A stretch of 64,000 nt of DNA from Nitrospiraceae bacterium (GTDB lineage: Bacteria > Nitrospirota > Thermodesulfovibrionia > UBA6902): the NCBI GenBank assembly GCA_003599505.1, contig QZKO01000045.1:2535-66534 (forward strand). The letters are read 5' to 3'. The number at the start of each line of letters is the position of its first letter. Position 1 is the stretch's first letter. Below are positions 19,235-28,886 of this stretch, one piece after another. The notes under the pieces were generated by a model. It had not been told where the DNA came from. It saw nothing but the letters and a program-made list of their open reading frames with translations, and searched no databases. A program made the translations under genes and the position numbers.

Positions 19235-21067
19235 CTATTCCACGGTAACGCTTTTTGCGAGATTCCTGGGCTGATCGACATTGCATTTTCTCAATACCGC
19301 CATGTGGTAAGCCAGCAGATGGAGAGGGATTGAAAAGATAACAGGGGTAAGATAGTAGTTTGTTTTCGGCAAAAACAGCGCGTGAGAAGCGCGGACAAGG
19401 GCCTTCGCGGCTCCCTCGGTTGCGACCGCTATTACTTTCCCGCCGCGACTGTTTACTTCTTCCATGTTGGAAAGTATCTTTTCGAAGACCTTATCATCCG
19501 GGGCCAATGCAAGCACCGGCATGTTGTTGTCAATAAGGGCTATCGGCCCGTGTTTCATCTCTCCCGCGGGATATCCCTCAGCATGAATGTATGAAATCTC
19601 CTTTAATTTCAGCGCGCCCTCAAGGGCTATGGGGTAATTTATGCCTCTGCCGAGATAGAGAAAATCCCTGGCATGATAAAATTTTCTCGCTACCTTCAAG
19701 ACCGCGTTGTTGATCCGGAGCGCCTTCTCAACTTTTTCCGGCAATTGAAGAAGCTCGCTGAACAACTCCTTTATCTCTCCTGATTTAAGCGCGCCCTTTG
19801 CCTTTGCGAGCGCGATTGAGAACAGGTAGAGCCCCGTAAGCTGGGTGGTAAAGGCCTTTGTTGAGGCCACGCCTATCTCCGGTCCGGAGTGGGTATAAAA
19901 AACGCTGTCGGCCTCTCTTGCCGAAGTGCTGCCTACCACGTTACATATACTGAGCACTCTGGCCCCCAGTTTTTGGGCCTCTCTCTGCGCCGCTATTGTG
20001 TCCGCTGTCTCTCCTGACTGGGTAATAACGATGACAAGACTGTCTTCGGGAACAATCGGCCTCCTGTACCGGAATTCGGAGGCGATATCAACTTCACAGG
20101 GCACTCTCGCCATGTCTTCAATCATATATTTCCCGATAAGGGCCGCGTGCCATGATGTGCCGCAGGCTACAAGAAAAATCTTGTTCACTTTTTTCAGATC
20201 GCCTGCCCTGAGGGAAAACTCTTCAAGGTTTACAACCCCTTTTTCAGGGAAAAACCTTCCCCTGATCGTGTCCGAGATAGCCCTCGGCTGTTCATATATC
20301 TCCTTGAGCATGAAATGCCTGTAGCCGCCTTTTTCAGCCATTGCGGGACTCCACGTAATTCTGGTTGTCTGCTTCCTGACCGGTTTTTTACTTATTAAAC
20401 CGGAAATCGAGACGCCTTTATCTGTAATTACTGCCAGTTCGCCGTTTTCGGGAATTATCACGTCCCTTGTGTATTTCAGAAACGCGGGGATGTCCGAAGC
20501 AATAAAAAATTCTCCCTCGCCGAGACCCAGGACCAGGGGGCTGTCTTTCTTTACGGCAAGCATCCTGTCAGGCTCCCTCTCATTGATAACACCAATAGCA
20601 TAGGCCCCCTCCACGTGCTTTAAGGCCTCACGCGTTGCGTCTTCAAAAGAAAGACCTTTCTGTGAAAAGCTGTAAATAAGGTGACAAATGACTTCCGTGT
20701 CGGTCTCGGAAGTAAAGACATGCCCCTTCTTCTTCAAATCCTCTTTCAGCTCGAAATAGTTCTCTATAATCCCGTTGTGCACCAGGACTATCCCGCCCGC
20801 CCGATGGGGATGCGCGTTCTCTTCAGAAGGCCTGCCGTGGGTCGCCCATCTCGTATGACCCAGGCCTATAAAGCTCCTGAGTCTTTCCCCTTTTATGGAA
20901 TTTTCCAGGTCCCTTATCTTTCCCGCGCAGCGCCTGACGGTTATTTTGTTATCATTCAGAAACGCTATCCCTGCGGAGTCATATCCCCGGTACTCAAGCC
21001 GCTTCAGGCCATTGATAAGAACAGGGATGGCATTTCTTTTCCCGACATATCCGATTATTCCACACAC
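19235..21067 (-). CDS. glmS: Glutamine--fructose-6-phosphate aminotransferase
   Basis: 'MCGIIGYVG' N-terminal nucleophile Cys, two SIS domains and a C-terminal 'KSVTVE'. Confidence 0.95.
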   Translation of the reverse strand: MCGIIGYVGKRNAIPVLINGLKRLEYRGYDSAGIAFLNDNKITVRRCAGKIRDLENSIKGERLRSFIGLGHTRWATHGRPSEENAHPHRAGGIVLVHNGIIENYFELKEDLKKKGHVFTSETDTEVICHLIYSFSQKGLSFEDATREALKHVEGAYAIGVINEREPDRMLAVKKDSPLVLGLGEGEFFIASDIPAFLKYTRDVIIPENGELAVITDKGVSISGLISKKPVRKQTTRITWSPAMAEKGGYRHFMLKEIYEQPRAISDTIRGRFFPEKGVVNLEEFSLRAGDLKKVNKIFLVACGTSWHAALIGKYMIEDMARVPCEVDIASEFRYRRPIVPEDSLVIVITQSGETADTIAAQREAQKLGARVLSICNVVGSTSAREADSVFYTHSGPEIGVASTKAFTTQLTGLYLFSIALAKAKGALKSGEIKELFSELLQLPEKVEKALRINNAVLKVARKFYHARDFLYLGRGINYPIALEGALKLKEISYIHAEGYPAGEMKHGPIALIDNNMPVLALAPDDKVFEKILSNMEEVNSRGGKVIAVATEGAAKALVRASHALFLPKTNYYLTPVIFSIPLHLLAYHMAVLRKCNVDQPRNLAKSVTVE

Positions 21068-21101
21068 CTTTTTTCCCCTTTCAATGTTAACGCTCCAACT
21101 T

Positions 21102-22478
21102 TCAACTTTTAACTTTCAACTTTCTTTTGAGCGCCCAGCCTTTTAAATTCTGCTGTCTGGCCCTGCTTATCGCGAGGTCGCCTGACGGGACGTCCCTGGT
21201 TATTGTCGCTCCGGCAGCCACATACGCGTCTTTTCCGATTTTAACAGGGGCGACAAGCTGCGAATCGCTCCCGATAAAAACACCTGATTCGATGACCGTA
21301 CCGAATTTGTTTTTCCCGTCATAGTTACAGGTGATGGTCCCGGCCCCGATATTCACATTTTTCCCTATAACAGCGTCTCCGAGGTATGTAAGATGAGAGG
21401 CCTTTGTGCCTTCGCCGATGACGGATTTCTTTGTTTCCACAAAATTCCCTATTTTCGCGCACCGGCCTATCACGCTGTGAGGCCGGAGATGCGCAAACGG
21501 GCCTATCGAGCTCCGGTCTCCGACCCTGCTCTCTTCTATTACAGTATTGTCCTTGATGACTACATTGTTACCGAGAATACTGTCGGATATCCTCGAACCC
21601 GGGTATATGGTGCAACTTTTCCCGATTCTGGTCCTGCCCTCGAGATATGTATTCGGATAAATAATCGTGTCCTTGCCGATAAGCGCCGGCGGACTCACAA
21701 ACGATGTTTCAGGGTTTATAAACGTCACTCCTTTCAACATCCATTTATTTATTATTCTGTGTCTTATGATTTCTGAGACCCTTAACAATTCTTCCCTGTT
21801 GTTGACCCCGCGGATTTCTTCGGACGGACAATTATAGGCCTCAACCCTCTTCCCTTCTCCGGCAGCGATTCCCACAATATCGGTGAGGTAATATTCGCCG
21901 GAGGAGCTGTTCTTTTTGACTTTCTCCAGACACCCGAGGACTTCTTCTTCCATAAGATACACGCCGCCGTTCAGCTCATCAAACTTCTTTCTTTCATCAC
22001 GGGTCGCGTGCTTGTCCTCTACTATCCCGGTGACCCTGCCCTTTTCATCCCGGAAGATCCTTCCGTAACCTTTCATCGCGCCGTCGGAAAAAGAAAGAAA
22101 AGACAGGGCGTTCCTGCTGCGCCTGTGCTTTTCAATGAGCGTTTTCAAAGTCTTTGCCGTAATGAGAGGACAATCGCCGTTAAGCACAAGGAGCGCGCCT
22201 TTCTTCAATTCCTTCCTGGCGACTGCGAGGGCGTTCCCGGTCCCCAAAAGCTGTTTCTGTATAACAAAAGAGAGGCGATCATCGCCGGCCATCTCTTTTT
22301 TCACCAGCTCCGCGCCGTTTCCGATTACAACAACGGTCTTGCCTGGCCGCAGCGGCCTGACGGCGTCAATCGCATACCGGAGCATAGGCCTTCCCATGAC
22401 CTGATGGAGAACTTTGGGGATTTGAGAATTCATTCTCTTGCCGCGCCCGGCAGCAAGAATAACGACGTTCAGACTCAT
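21102..22478 (-). CDS. glmU: Bifunctional UDP-GlcNAc pyrophosphorylase / GlcN-1-P acetyltransferase
   Basis: 'VVILAAGRGKRM' nucleotidyltransferase motif and C-terminal hexapeptide repeats. Confidence 0.9.
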   Translation of the reverse strand: MSLNVVILAAGRGKRMNSQIPKVLHQVMGRPMLRYAIDAVRPLRPGKTVVVIGNGAELVKKEMAGDDRLSFVIQKQLLGTGNALAVARKELKKGALLVLNGDCPLITAKTLKTLIEKHRRSRNALSFLSFSDGAMKGYGRIFRDEKGRVTGIVEDKHATRDERKKFDELNGGVYLMEEEVLGCLEKVKKNSSSGEYYLTDIVGIAAGEGKRVEAYNCPSEEIRGVNNREELLRVSEIIRHRIINKWMLKGVTFINPETSFVSPPALIGKDTIIYPNTYLEGRTRIGKSCTIYPGSRISDSILGNNVVIKDNTVIEESRVGDRSSIGPFAHLRPHSVIGRCAKIGNFVETKKSVIGEGTKASHLTYLGDAVIGKNVNIGAGTITCNYDGKNKFGTVIESGVFIGSDSQLVAPVKIGKDAYVAAGATITRDVPSGDLAISRARQQNLKGWALKRKLKVKS

Positions 22479-22581
22479 TTCAATATGATAATCTTTTCAA
22501 TATATGTTTGCAATTGATCCCGGATCGTGAACCGTGTCCGGTTAACGTGACCGTAAATCATAAACGGACACGGGTAACGGA

Positions 22582-23673
22582 TTATAATTTCATATACTCC
22601 TTCAACAACGCCGGATACATGAATGGATTAAACAAAATATTAGTCATGAAGTAACATTCATGAGTGCAGAAACATTTCTTTTTCCTTATGGAGAGCAGGA
22701 TTTCCCGCGCCTTCCCGGTTTTCAGTATGCTTCTCAGGTCATACCCGTCATCCCGGACATTGCCCATTTTCATGGTGAATGACTCGCAGGGGAAGACATC
22801 CCCTGTTTCGGTAACGACCAGATTCAATCTTCCGGCGTAACAGGGAATTAATTGCCTTTTCAGGACCCATGTCTTATAAATCAGGCTGCGCTGCAGGATA
22901 TCCTGGGCCGCCTTGAGCTTTGCCCCTTTAAAGCGATATATGCCCGATTTTTTCATCTCTAAATCCGATGCCAGGCTGACAACGGCATCATGATATTTCC
23001 GGGCGTTGATTTCCTTCAAACTTCCATCATTAACGCTCCCTCTTATCAGCGATACGGTGTGTGTCTTTATTTTGTCCAGGCCGTTGATGAAATCCGTCAG
23101 TTCTTTCATATGGTCCTGATTCGCTGAATTAAACACCGTGTTTACTCCAAGCTCAAAATTCGGATACGCGTCAATCAGTTCGCCGAGCGCCCGGTATGTA
23201 TTCATGGTCTTCTGAAAACTGCCCCTTGCGCCTCTTATGGAGTCATGCGCGGCCTCCAGCCCCTCCAGAGACAGTTTTACAACAATGGTGCTCTTCTTGC
23301 AGCTTTTCAGTACCGCTTCAATCTTTTCTCTTATAACATCCGTCAGCAGGCCGTTCGTTGGGAAGAGAATTATCGCCGGCCTGTTTCTTTCATAAAACAC
23401 TCTTGTTATTTCAACGATATCATCTCTCAGAAATATTTCGCCCCCTGAAAACGCGAGCCAAAGCAGATTCCCGGTTGAGGAAGATATCTTTTCGATTTCG
23501 TCAAGGGACAATTCCGGAGTGGCCTCGTCTGCCCCCCCCCTTTTTTCTTTATCACCGGTATAGAAGCAGAACGGGCATTTAAGATTACACCTCCCGGTCA
23601 GGAATAAAGTAAGGTGGATGGGACGGCGTTTCAGGAAAACGGAGCTTATATGACGGAAAGGAGAGTAAGACAT
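22582..23673 (-). CDS. Radical SAM / SPASM-domain protein
   Basis: 'LTGRCNLKCPFCFYTG' CxxxCxxC motif and a C-terminal Cys cluster ('CESF...CFCTHECYF'). Contains a G9 homopolymer in the coding strand. Confidence 0.7.
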   Translation of the reverse strand: MSYSPFRHISSVFLKRRPIHLTLFLTGRCNLKCPFCFYTGDKEKRGGADEATPELSLDEIEKISSSTGNLLWLAFSGGEIFLRDDIVEITRVFYERNRPAIILFPTNGLLTDVIREKIEAVLKSCKKSTIVVKLSLEGLEAAHDSIRGARGSFQKTMNTYRALGELIDAYPNFELGVNTVFNSANQDHMKELTDFINGLDKIKTHTVSLIRGSVNDGSLKEINARKYHDAVVSLASDLEMKKSGIYRFKGAKLKAAQDILQRSLIYKTWVLKRQLIPCYAGRLNLVVTETGDVFPCESFTMKMGNVRDDGYDLRSILKTGKAREILLSIRKKKCFCTHECYFMTNILFNPFMYPALLKEYMKL

Positions 23674-24738
23674 TTATTTCCGCCCCCTTAAGAAATGGCG
23701 TATAAAACCGGTTGCCGTTCCAAGCGCTATCGGGACCGGATACAGGAACGCGTAATAACATAAAGCGGACACCGTAAACAGAAGACCTTTTGTCCTGTAA
23801 AAAAGTTTTATCTGGTTCCTGCTGACTATGACATTGGATAAAAAGAGCAAAGGTATTGCGTATAAAAGAGACGGTCTATTGGTAACCGCCCACAATGCAA
23901 TAACGAGGAAGCTCAGAAGAAGTGAAACAACATTAGTCTTGAGCTCAAAGGAAGCGGAGCCGGAGTCGGTAAGTATGTCCCTGTTTCCAAAAGAATAAGT
24001 ACACCAGTAAGTAGTCTTGCGGTAGGCGTTGAAGAGCGAACGCGCCAGGGTGAAGTTGAAAATGTGCCGGACCTGTATTTCCGGGCACATGATGAGCCTG
24101 ACGCCGGACCTTTTCAGCCTGTGACTGAACGCGACGTCCTCCAGTATCGGCATGAAATCCTCCGGGAACCCGCCGCTTTCAATGAACGTCTTTCTGGGGA
24201 CAACCATGGCATGCGCCGCTATGTAGTCGGGGTTTTCCGTGTTCTTGGTCTCTGAATAGTGAACAAAAAGTGATTGAAAGGCGCTGAAGAACCCCCTGTC
24301 ATAAGAAACCCTTGTATATGTTCCGCCGAGTACAACCCCCCCCTGGGAAGGTAAAGACATAAGTGTTCGATTTACTATAGAAAGCGTATCCGGCTGGAGA
24401 AGGCAGTCCGAATCGATAAAGAAAATAAATTCTCCGCTGCTTTTCTGCGCGCCGATGTTTCTTGCCCTCGAGGTCCCGGAATGCCTTTCAAGACTGATTA
24501 ATCTGCATGGGAACCTTTTAATAACTTCTACGGAATTGTCTTCGGACTTATCGTCGACGACAACAACTTCGAAGTTGCCGTATTCCGAAGAAAAAGCGGC
24601 CTCAAGACACGTTCCGATAGTGTCCGCCCTATTGTAATTCGGGATAACGAGGGAGATGCGTTTTTCCATCTTGCTTCGTGTATTATAATCATCCTCAATG
24701 TCTTTTTGAAATTCTTCAGGCCCGCAGCTCATTGACAA
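23674..24738 (-). CDS. Family 2 glycosyltransferase with C-terminal membrane anchor
   Basis: 'ISLVIPNYNRADTIGTCL...VVVVDDKSEDNS...FIDSDC' is a GT2 signature. Alternative start at the internal Met at 24671. Contains a G8 homopolymer in the coding strand. Confidence 0.8.
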   Translation of the reverse strand: MSMSCGPEEFQKDIEDDYNTRSKMEKRISLVIPNYNRADTIGTCLEAAFSSEYGNFEVVVVDDKSEDNSVEVIKRFPCRLISLERHSGTSRARNIGAQKSSGEFIFFIDSDCLLQPDTLSIVNRTLMSLPSQGGVVLGGTYTRVSYDRGFFSAFQSLFVHYSETKNTENPDYIAAHAMVVPRKTFIESGGFPEDFMPILEDVAFSHRLKRSGVRLIMCPEIQVRHIFNFTLARSLFNAYRKTTYWCTYSFGNRDILTDSGSASFELKTNVVSLLLSFLVIALWAVTNRPSLLYAIPLLFLSNVIVSRNQIKLFYRTKGLLFTVSALCYYAFLYPVPIALGTATGFIRHFLRGRK

Positions 24739-24785
24739 ATTATTTGTATAATTCTAAATTATAATCAAAACTTAATAGCTGCGAG

Positions 24786-26054
24786 GTGCCGATGCCTACT
24801 GAAGTAGAGACAATATCGCCGACAACGAGAAGGCTCAGAATCAACATCCCTTCGGACGTTATTAAATCCGAAACCGATAACGCTTACAACAAAATCAGGG
24901 CGACCACGAAAATACCCGGGTTCAGGCCCGGCAAGGCCCCCCAGGCCATTCTCGAGAAAAGGTTCGGGAAAAACGTCGAGGCCGAGGTTATAGAAAAGAT
25001 AGTGCCCGAGTACTATATGAAAGCCGTTAAAGAAGCGAATCTGGAGCCTGTCAATTATCCGAATATCGAGGACAAACTGGAGCTGCTGTCGGGACAGCCG
25101 CTGTCCTTTACCGTAACGATAGAGGTCAAGCCGGAAATAGGAGACCTGAAATATGAAGGCATTGTCCTGAAAGAAAAACCGGTCTCAGTAGATGACGATG
25201 AAATAGACAAGGCGCTGAAGCTGATGCAGGGAGGCAGGACCTTGTTCACTGTTACGGAAGAAGCCTTAAGTGAAAATGACATGGCGATTGTAAGTTATGA
25301 CGGTTACATCGAAGACAAACTGACCGAAGAAATATCGTATAAGGAATTCCCCCTGGTCCTCAGCTCCGATGCGATGCCCAAAGAGTTCAACAGCGCGCTG
25401 GTGGGCAAAAAGAAAGGGGATAAAGCAGAGGTAAAAATAAAATATGATGAAACCCATCAAAACAAGACCATAGCGGGCAAAGAGGTCCTGTTCAAAGTGG
25501 ACATCGTAGAGGGAAAGAAGAAAGCGGTCCCGCCGCTTGACGATGAATTCGCGAAGGACGCCGGTTATGCAAGTCTTGACGAGCTGAAAGACAAGATGCG
25601 GGAAAGCATCACTAACGCGAAAAAGAGCCAGGTCAATCTGGAATACAAGAAAGATATCCTGAACGACCTCATCCGGGTCCATGATTTCGATGTGCCTGCC
25701 TCTATGGTGCAGGGAGAAATCGAATCCCTGATTCATCAGGCGCAGGAAAATGCCCGGAGAAAGGGCGAACCGGAAAAAACGGACGAAGAAATGAAGCGGG
25801 AATTCGGGAACACGGCGAAAGACAACGTCAAAAGCGTGCTCCTGCTGGATGCCATCGGCAAAAAAGAGAACATCGATGTTACTGCTGATGATATGAAAAA
25901 GGCGATCGAAGAGATCGCGGCCCGGAACAACCTTAAACCCGAAGAGGTAACAAGGCTTTACGCGGTCAGGGAAGGTTCCCTGGAAGCGCTGAGAAGCCGC
26001 TTGTTCGCAGATAAGGTCCTGGAATTTATATTAGGAAAAGCAACGATACAGTAG
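24786..26054 (+). CDS. tig: Trigger factor
   Basis: '[20 protein letters not shown]' ribosome-binding signature motif. Confidence 0.9.
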   Translation: MPMPTEVETISPTTRRLRINIPSDVIKSETDNAYNKIRATTKIPGFRPGKAPQAILEKRFGKNVEAEVIEKIVPEYYMKAVKEANLEPVNYPNIEDKLELLSGQPLSFTVTIEVKPEIGDLKYEGIVLKEKPVSVDDDEIDKALKLMQGGRTLFTVTEEALSENDMAIVSYDGYIEDKLTEEISYKEFPLVLSSDAMPKEFNSALVGKKKGDKAEVKIKYDETHQNKTIAGKEVLFKVDIVEGKKKAVPPLDDEFAKDAGYASLDELKDKMRESITNAKKSQVNLEYKKDILNDLIRVHDFDVPASMVQGEIESLIHQAQENARRKGEPEKTDEEMKREFGNTAKDNVKSVLLLDAIGKKENIDVTADDMKKAIEEIAARNNLKPEEVTRLYAVREGSLEALRSRLFADKVLEFILGKATIQ

Positions 26055-26082
26055 GGACGGTTTCAAACCCGCCCTGCATTTA

Positions 26083-26691
26083 TTGCAAGGAGCACATATG
26101 AGTTTAATACCCATCGTAATCGAACAGACTGGAAGGACCGAAAGGGCATACGACATATATTCAAGACTGTTGAAGGACAGGATCGTGTTTATCGGCAGCC
26201 CGATAGACGATATCGTCTCGAATACCGTTATCGCGCAGCTCCTGTTCCTTCAGACTGAAGACCCGGAGAAGGATATCCACATATATGTAAATTCACCCGG
26301 AGGGATTGTTTCTTCAGGTCTCGCCATTTATGACACCATGCAGTATATAAAACCCGATATCGCCACATATTGCATCGGCCAGGCCGCCAGTATGGGCGCC
26401 CTCCTGCTTACAGCGGGGACAACGGGGAAGAGGTTCGTGCTCCCCAATTCCCGCATAATGATACACCAGCCGATCGGGGGCTTCCACGGCCAGGCGACAG
26501 ACGTGGAGATCCACGCAAGGGAAATTCTTAAAATGAAAGAGACCCTCAATAAAATCCTTACGAAACATACAGGGCAGCCCTTCGAAAAAATCCAGGTCGA
26601 TACTGAAAGGGATTACTTCATGTCGGCACAGGAGGCAAAGGATTACGGCCTCGTTGACGAGGTCATAGAAACGCTGAAAAAACGCGGTTGA
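26083..26691 (+). CDS. clpP: ATP-dependent Clp protease proteolytic subunit
   Basis: '[19 protein letters not shown]...[11 protein letters not shown]...IMIHQP' ClpP catalytic triad context. The start is probably the Met at 26098. Confidence 0.95.
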   Translation: MQGAHMSLIPIVIEQTGRTERAYDIYSRLLKDRIVFIGSPIDDIVSNTVIAQLLFLQTEDPEKDIHIYVNSPGGIVSSGLAIYDTMQYIKPDIATYCIGQAASMGALLLTAGTTGKRFVLPNSRIMIHQPIGGFHGQATDVEIHAREILKMKETLNKILTKHTGQPFEKIQVDTERDYFMSAQEAKDYGLVDEVIETLKKRG

Positions 26692-26706
26692 TTTGGAGCT
26701 TCAACT

Positions 26707-27963
26707 ATGAATGACAAAAAATTAAACAGAAACGATAACATCGTCCTCAGATGCTCCTTTTGCGGCAAAAGCCAGAAGGAAGTGAGGAAACTTATAGCGG
26801 GCCCTACCGTTTATATTTGTAACGAATGCGTAAATCTCTGCAATGAAATAATGGCGGAGGAGCTTGATTCATCCTTCGATATCAATGTCGCCCGGAAGCT
26901 CCCGGCCCCCGTGGAGATAAAAAATTTCCTTGATGAATACGTAATCGAACAGGACCGGGCGAAAAAGATACTTTCAGTCGCGGTGCACAACCACTACAAG
27001 CGCATTAACAGTCCCCGGCAATCCGATATCGAGCTGCAAAAAAGCAATATCCTGCTTATAGGGCCTACCGGCACCGGTAAAACCATTCTGGCGCAGACAC
27101 TCGCAAAGTACCTTGACGTGCCCTTTACGATCGCCGATGCCACAACGCTTACCGAAGCGGGATATGTCGGTGAAGACGTGGAGAATATTATTCTGAAGCT
27201 TCTCCAGGCGGCGGATTATGACCTGGAAAAGGCGCAGCGCGGCATTATATATATTGATGAGATCGACAAGATAAGCCGGAAGACGGAGAATGTTTCCATA
27301 ACGAGGGATGTGTCCGGAGAAGGGGTCCAGCAGGCCCTTCTGAAAATCATAGAAGGGACCGTGGCAAACATACCTCCCCAGGGCGGCAGGAAGCATCCGC
27401 AACAGGAATTTATACAGATAAACACAACGAATATCCTGTTTATCTGCGGCGGCGCGTTTGTGGGTCTTGAAAAAATAATCGAAGAGAGGATAGGCCGGAA
27501 AACCGTCGGTTTCGGCGTCGAGCCAAAGACCATAGCCGGAAAAAAGATAGACGATATCCTGAAACATATACAGCCGCAGGACCTGGTCAGGTATGGGCTC
27601 ATTCCCGAGTTTGTGGGGAGGCTGCCTGTTGTAGCGACCCTCGAAGAGCTGAGCGAGGAGGCCCTTGTCAGGATACTGACCGAACCGAAAAACGCAATTA
27701 TCAAGCAGTTCCAGAGGCTGCTTTCTTTTGATAACGTGAAACTGAAGTTTACAGAATCCTCCCTGACCTCCATAGCCAAAGAGGCCATCAAAAGAAAAAC
27801 AGGCGCGCGCGGGCTTCGTGCCATTCTTGAAGACGTGATGCTCGAGGTTATGTATGAAGTGCCTTCGCTCAATGACGTGAGGGAGTGCCTGATCACGGAA
27901 GAAGTTATAACCAGAAAGGAAAAGCCGATCCTTATATACGAAGAACAGGCCGAGTCCGCATAA
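26707..27963 (+). CDS. clpX: ATP-dependent Clp protease ATP-binding subunit
   Basis: N-terminal Zn-finger 'CSFCGKSQ...CNEC' and Walker A 'GPTGTGKT'. Confidence 0.95.
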   Translation: MNDKKLNRNDNIVLRCSFCGKSQKEVRKLIAGPTVYICNECVNLCNEIMAEELDSSFDINVARKLPAPVEIKNFLDEYVIEQDRAKKILSVAVHNHYKRINSPRQSDIELQKSNILLIGPTGTGKTILAQTLAKYLDVPFTIADATTLTEAGYVGEDVENIILKLLQAADYDLEKAQRGIIYIDEIDKISRKTENVSITRDVSGEGVQQALLKIIEGTVANIPPQGGRKHPQQEFIQINTTNILFICGGAFVGLEKIIEERIGRKTVGFGVEPKTIAGKKIDDILKHIQPQDLVRYGLIPEFVGRLPVVATLEELSEEALVRILTEPKNAIIKQFQRLLSFDNVKLKFTESSLTSIAKEAIKRKTGARGLRAILEDVMLEVMYEVPSLNDVRECLITEEVITRKEKPILIYEEQAESA

Positions 27964-28395
27964 TTATTTTTTCCCCTTTGTCAACCCGTGCGCAATCAGC
28001 GTCCTGAATTTTTCTTTCAGTTCTTCGTCCTTGAGGTTTTTGAGCGTGTTTTCGATATACCTCTTGTCTTCCTCATTTAACCCGGCCTGTTCCTTCTCAC
28101 GGGCTTCTTCTGTCTCTTCCGGAAGCCTCCCGATCCTGAACCGTATGTCGCTGACATTATACGGTTTCAGTTTCGCGGTGATCTCTTCCTTGAAGAAACT
28201 AAGGTGGTGCATCCATTGAGGGGTGTCTACGATAAGTGTAAGGACTTTGCCTTTTATTGTGTCGGGGGAAGTGTGTACTGAAACGGTTTGTCCTACAACC
28301 TCAACCCATCGTCTTCTGAGAGCATTGAGCGCAACCCCGCCTTCCAGACCATAGCTTTTTGTCAGTATTTTGAGAATACCATGGAGGGATTGCAT
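27964..28395 (-). CDS. DUF721 (DciA-like) domain protein
   Basis: N-terminal segment resembles DUF721 proteins; the C-terminus is a K/E-rich tail. Weak assignment. Confidence 0.45.
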   Translation of the reverse strand: MQSLHGILKILTKSYGLEGGVALNALRRRWVEVVGQTVSVHTSPDTIKGKVLTLIVDTPQWMHHLSFFKEEITAKLKPYNVSDIRFRIGRLPEETEEAREKEQAGLNEEDKRYIENTLKNLKDEELKEKFRTLIAHGLTKGKK

Positions 28396-28470
28396 ATAAA
28401 ACCGTTATTCGTTAATTGTTTATTACAGTCTGTTATGCCGATAACAAATAAATTATAACGCATAACGTTC

Positions 28471-28659
28471 TTAAACTACTTTCTTCACATTTCCCGAGCG
28501 GAGACACCTGGTGCAGACATGCTGTTTTTTTGTACCGTGCGTAGTCTGGACTTTTATTTTTTGCAGGTTAGGCATAAATACTCGCTTGGTCCTGTTGTTG
28601 GCGTGACTGACATTATTACCCGAAACCTTTTTCTTTCCGCAAACTGAACATACTGCCAT
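28471..28659 (-). CDS. rpmB: 50S ribosomal protein L28
   Basis: '[26 protein letters not shown]' is canonical L28. Confidence 0.9.
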   Translation of the reverse strand: MAVCSVCGKKKVSGNNVSHANNRTKRVFMPNLQKIKVQTTHGTKKQHVCTRCLRSGNVKKVV

Positions 28660-28886
28660 GGTTAAAACACCTCCTTCATCCTAAACCCGAAATCCGAAGT
28701 TTGACATTATGTATTTATTAATTCGAATTTGTTTCGAATTTCGGATTTCGATATTCGAGCTTGAAGCAACTGCAATTGCTTTCAAAAGAGAAGTTATGAT
28801 AACATTAAACCAAATAAAGTTACAACTTCAGAAGCAAAACAGCAAAAAACACTAAATATTTCAGAGTTACAGGGAAAATAACCGGG

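Noticed and set aside
21096-21123. Tandem heptamer (C/T)AACTTT x4 at the glmU/glmS junction
   Set aside because: It is simply the coding sequence of the GlmU C-terminus (KLKVKS) plus stop, not an intergenic repeat element.
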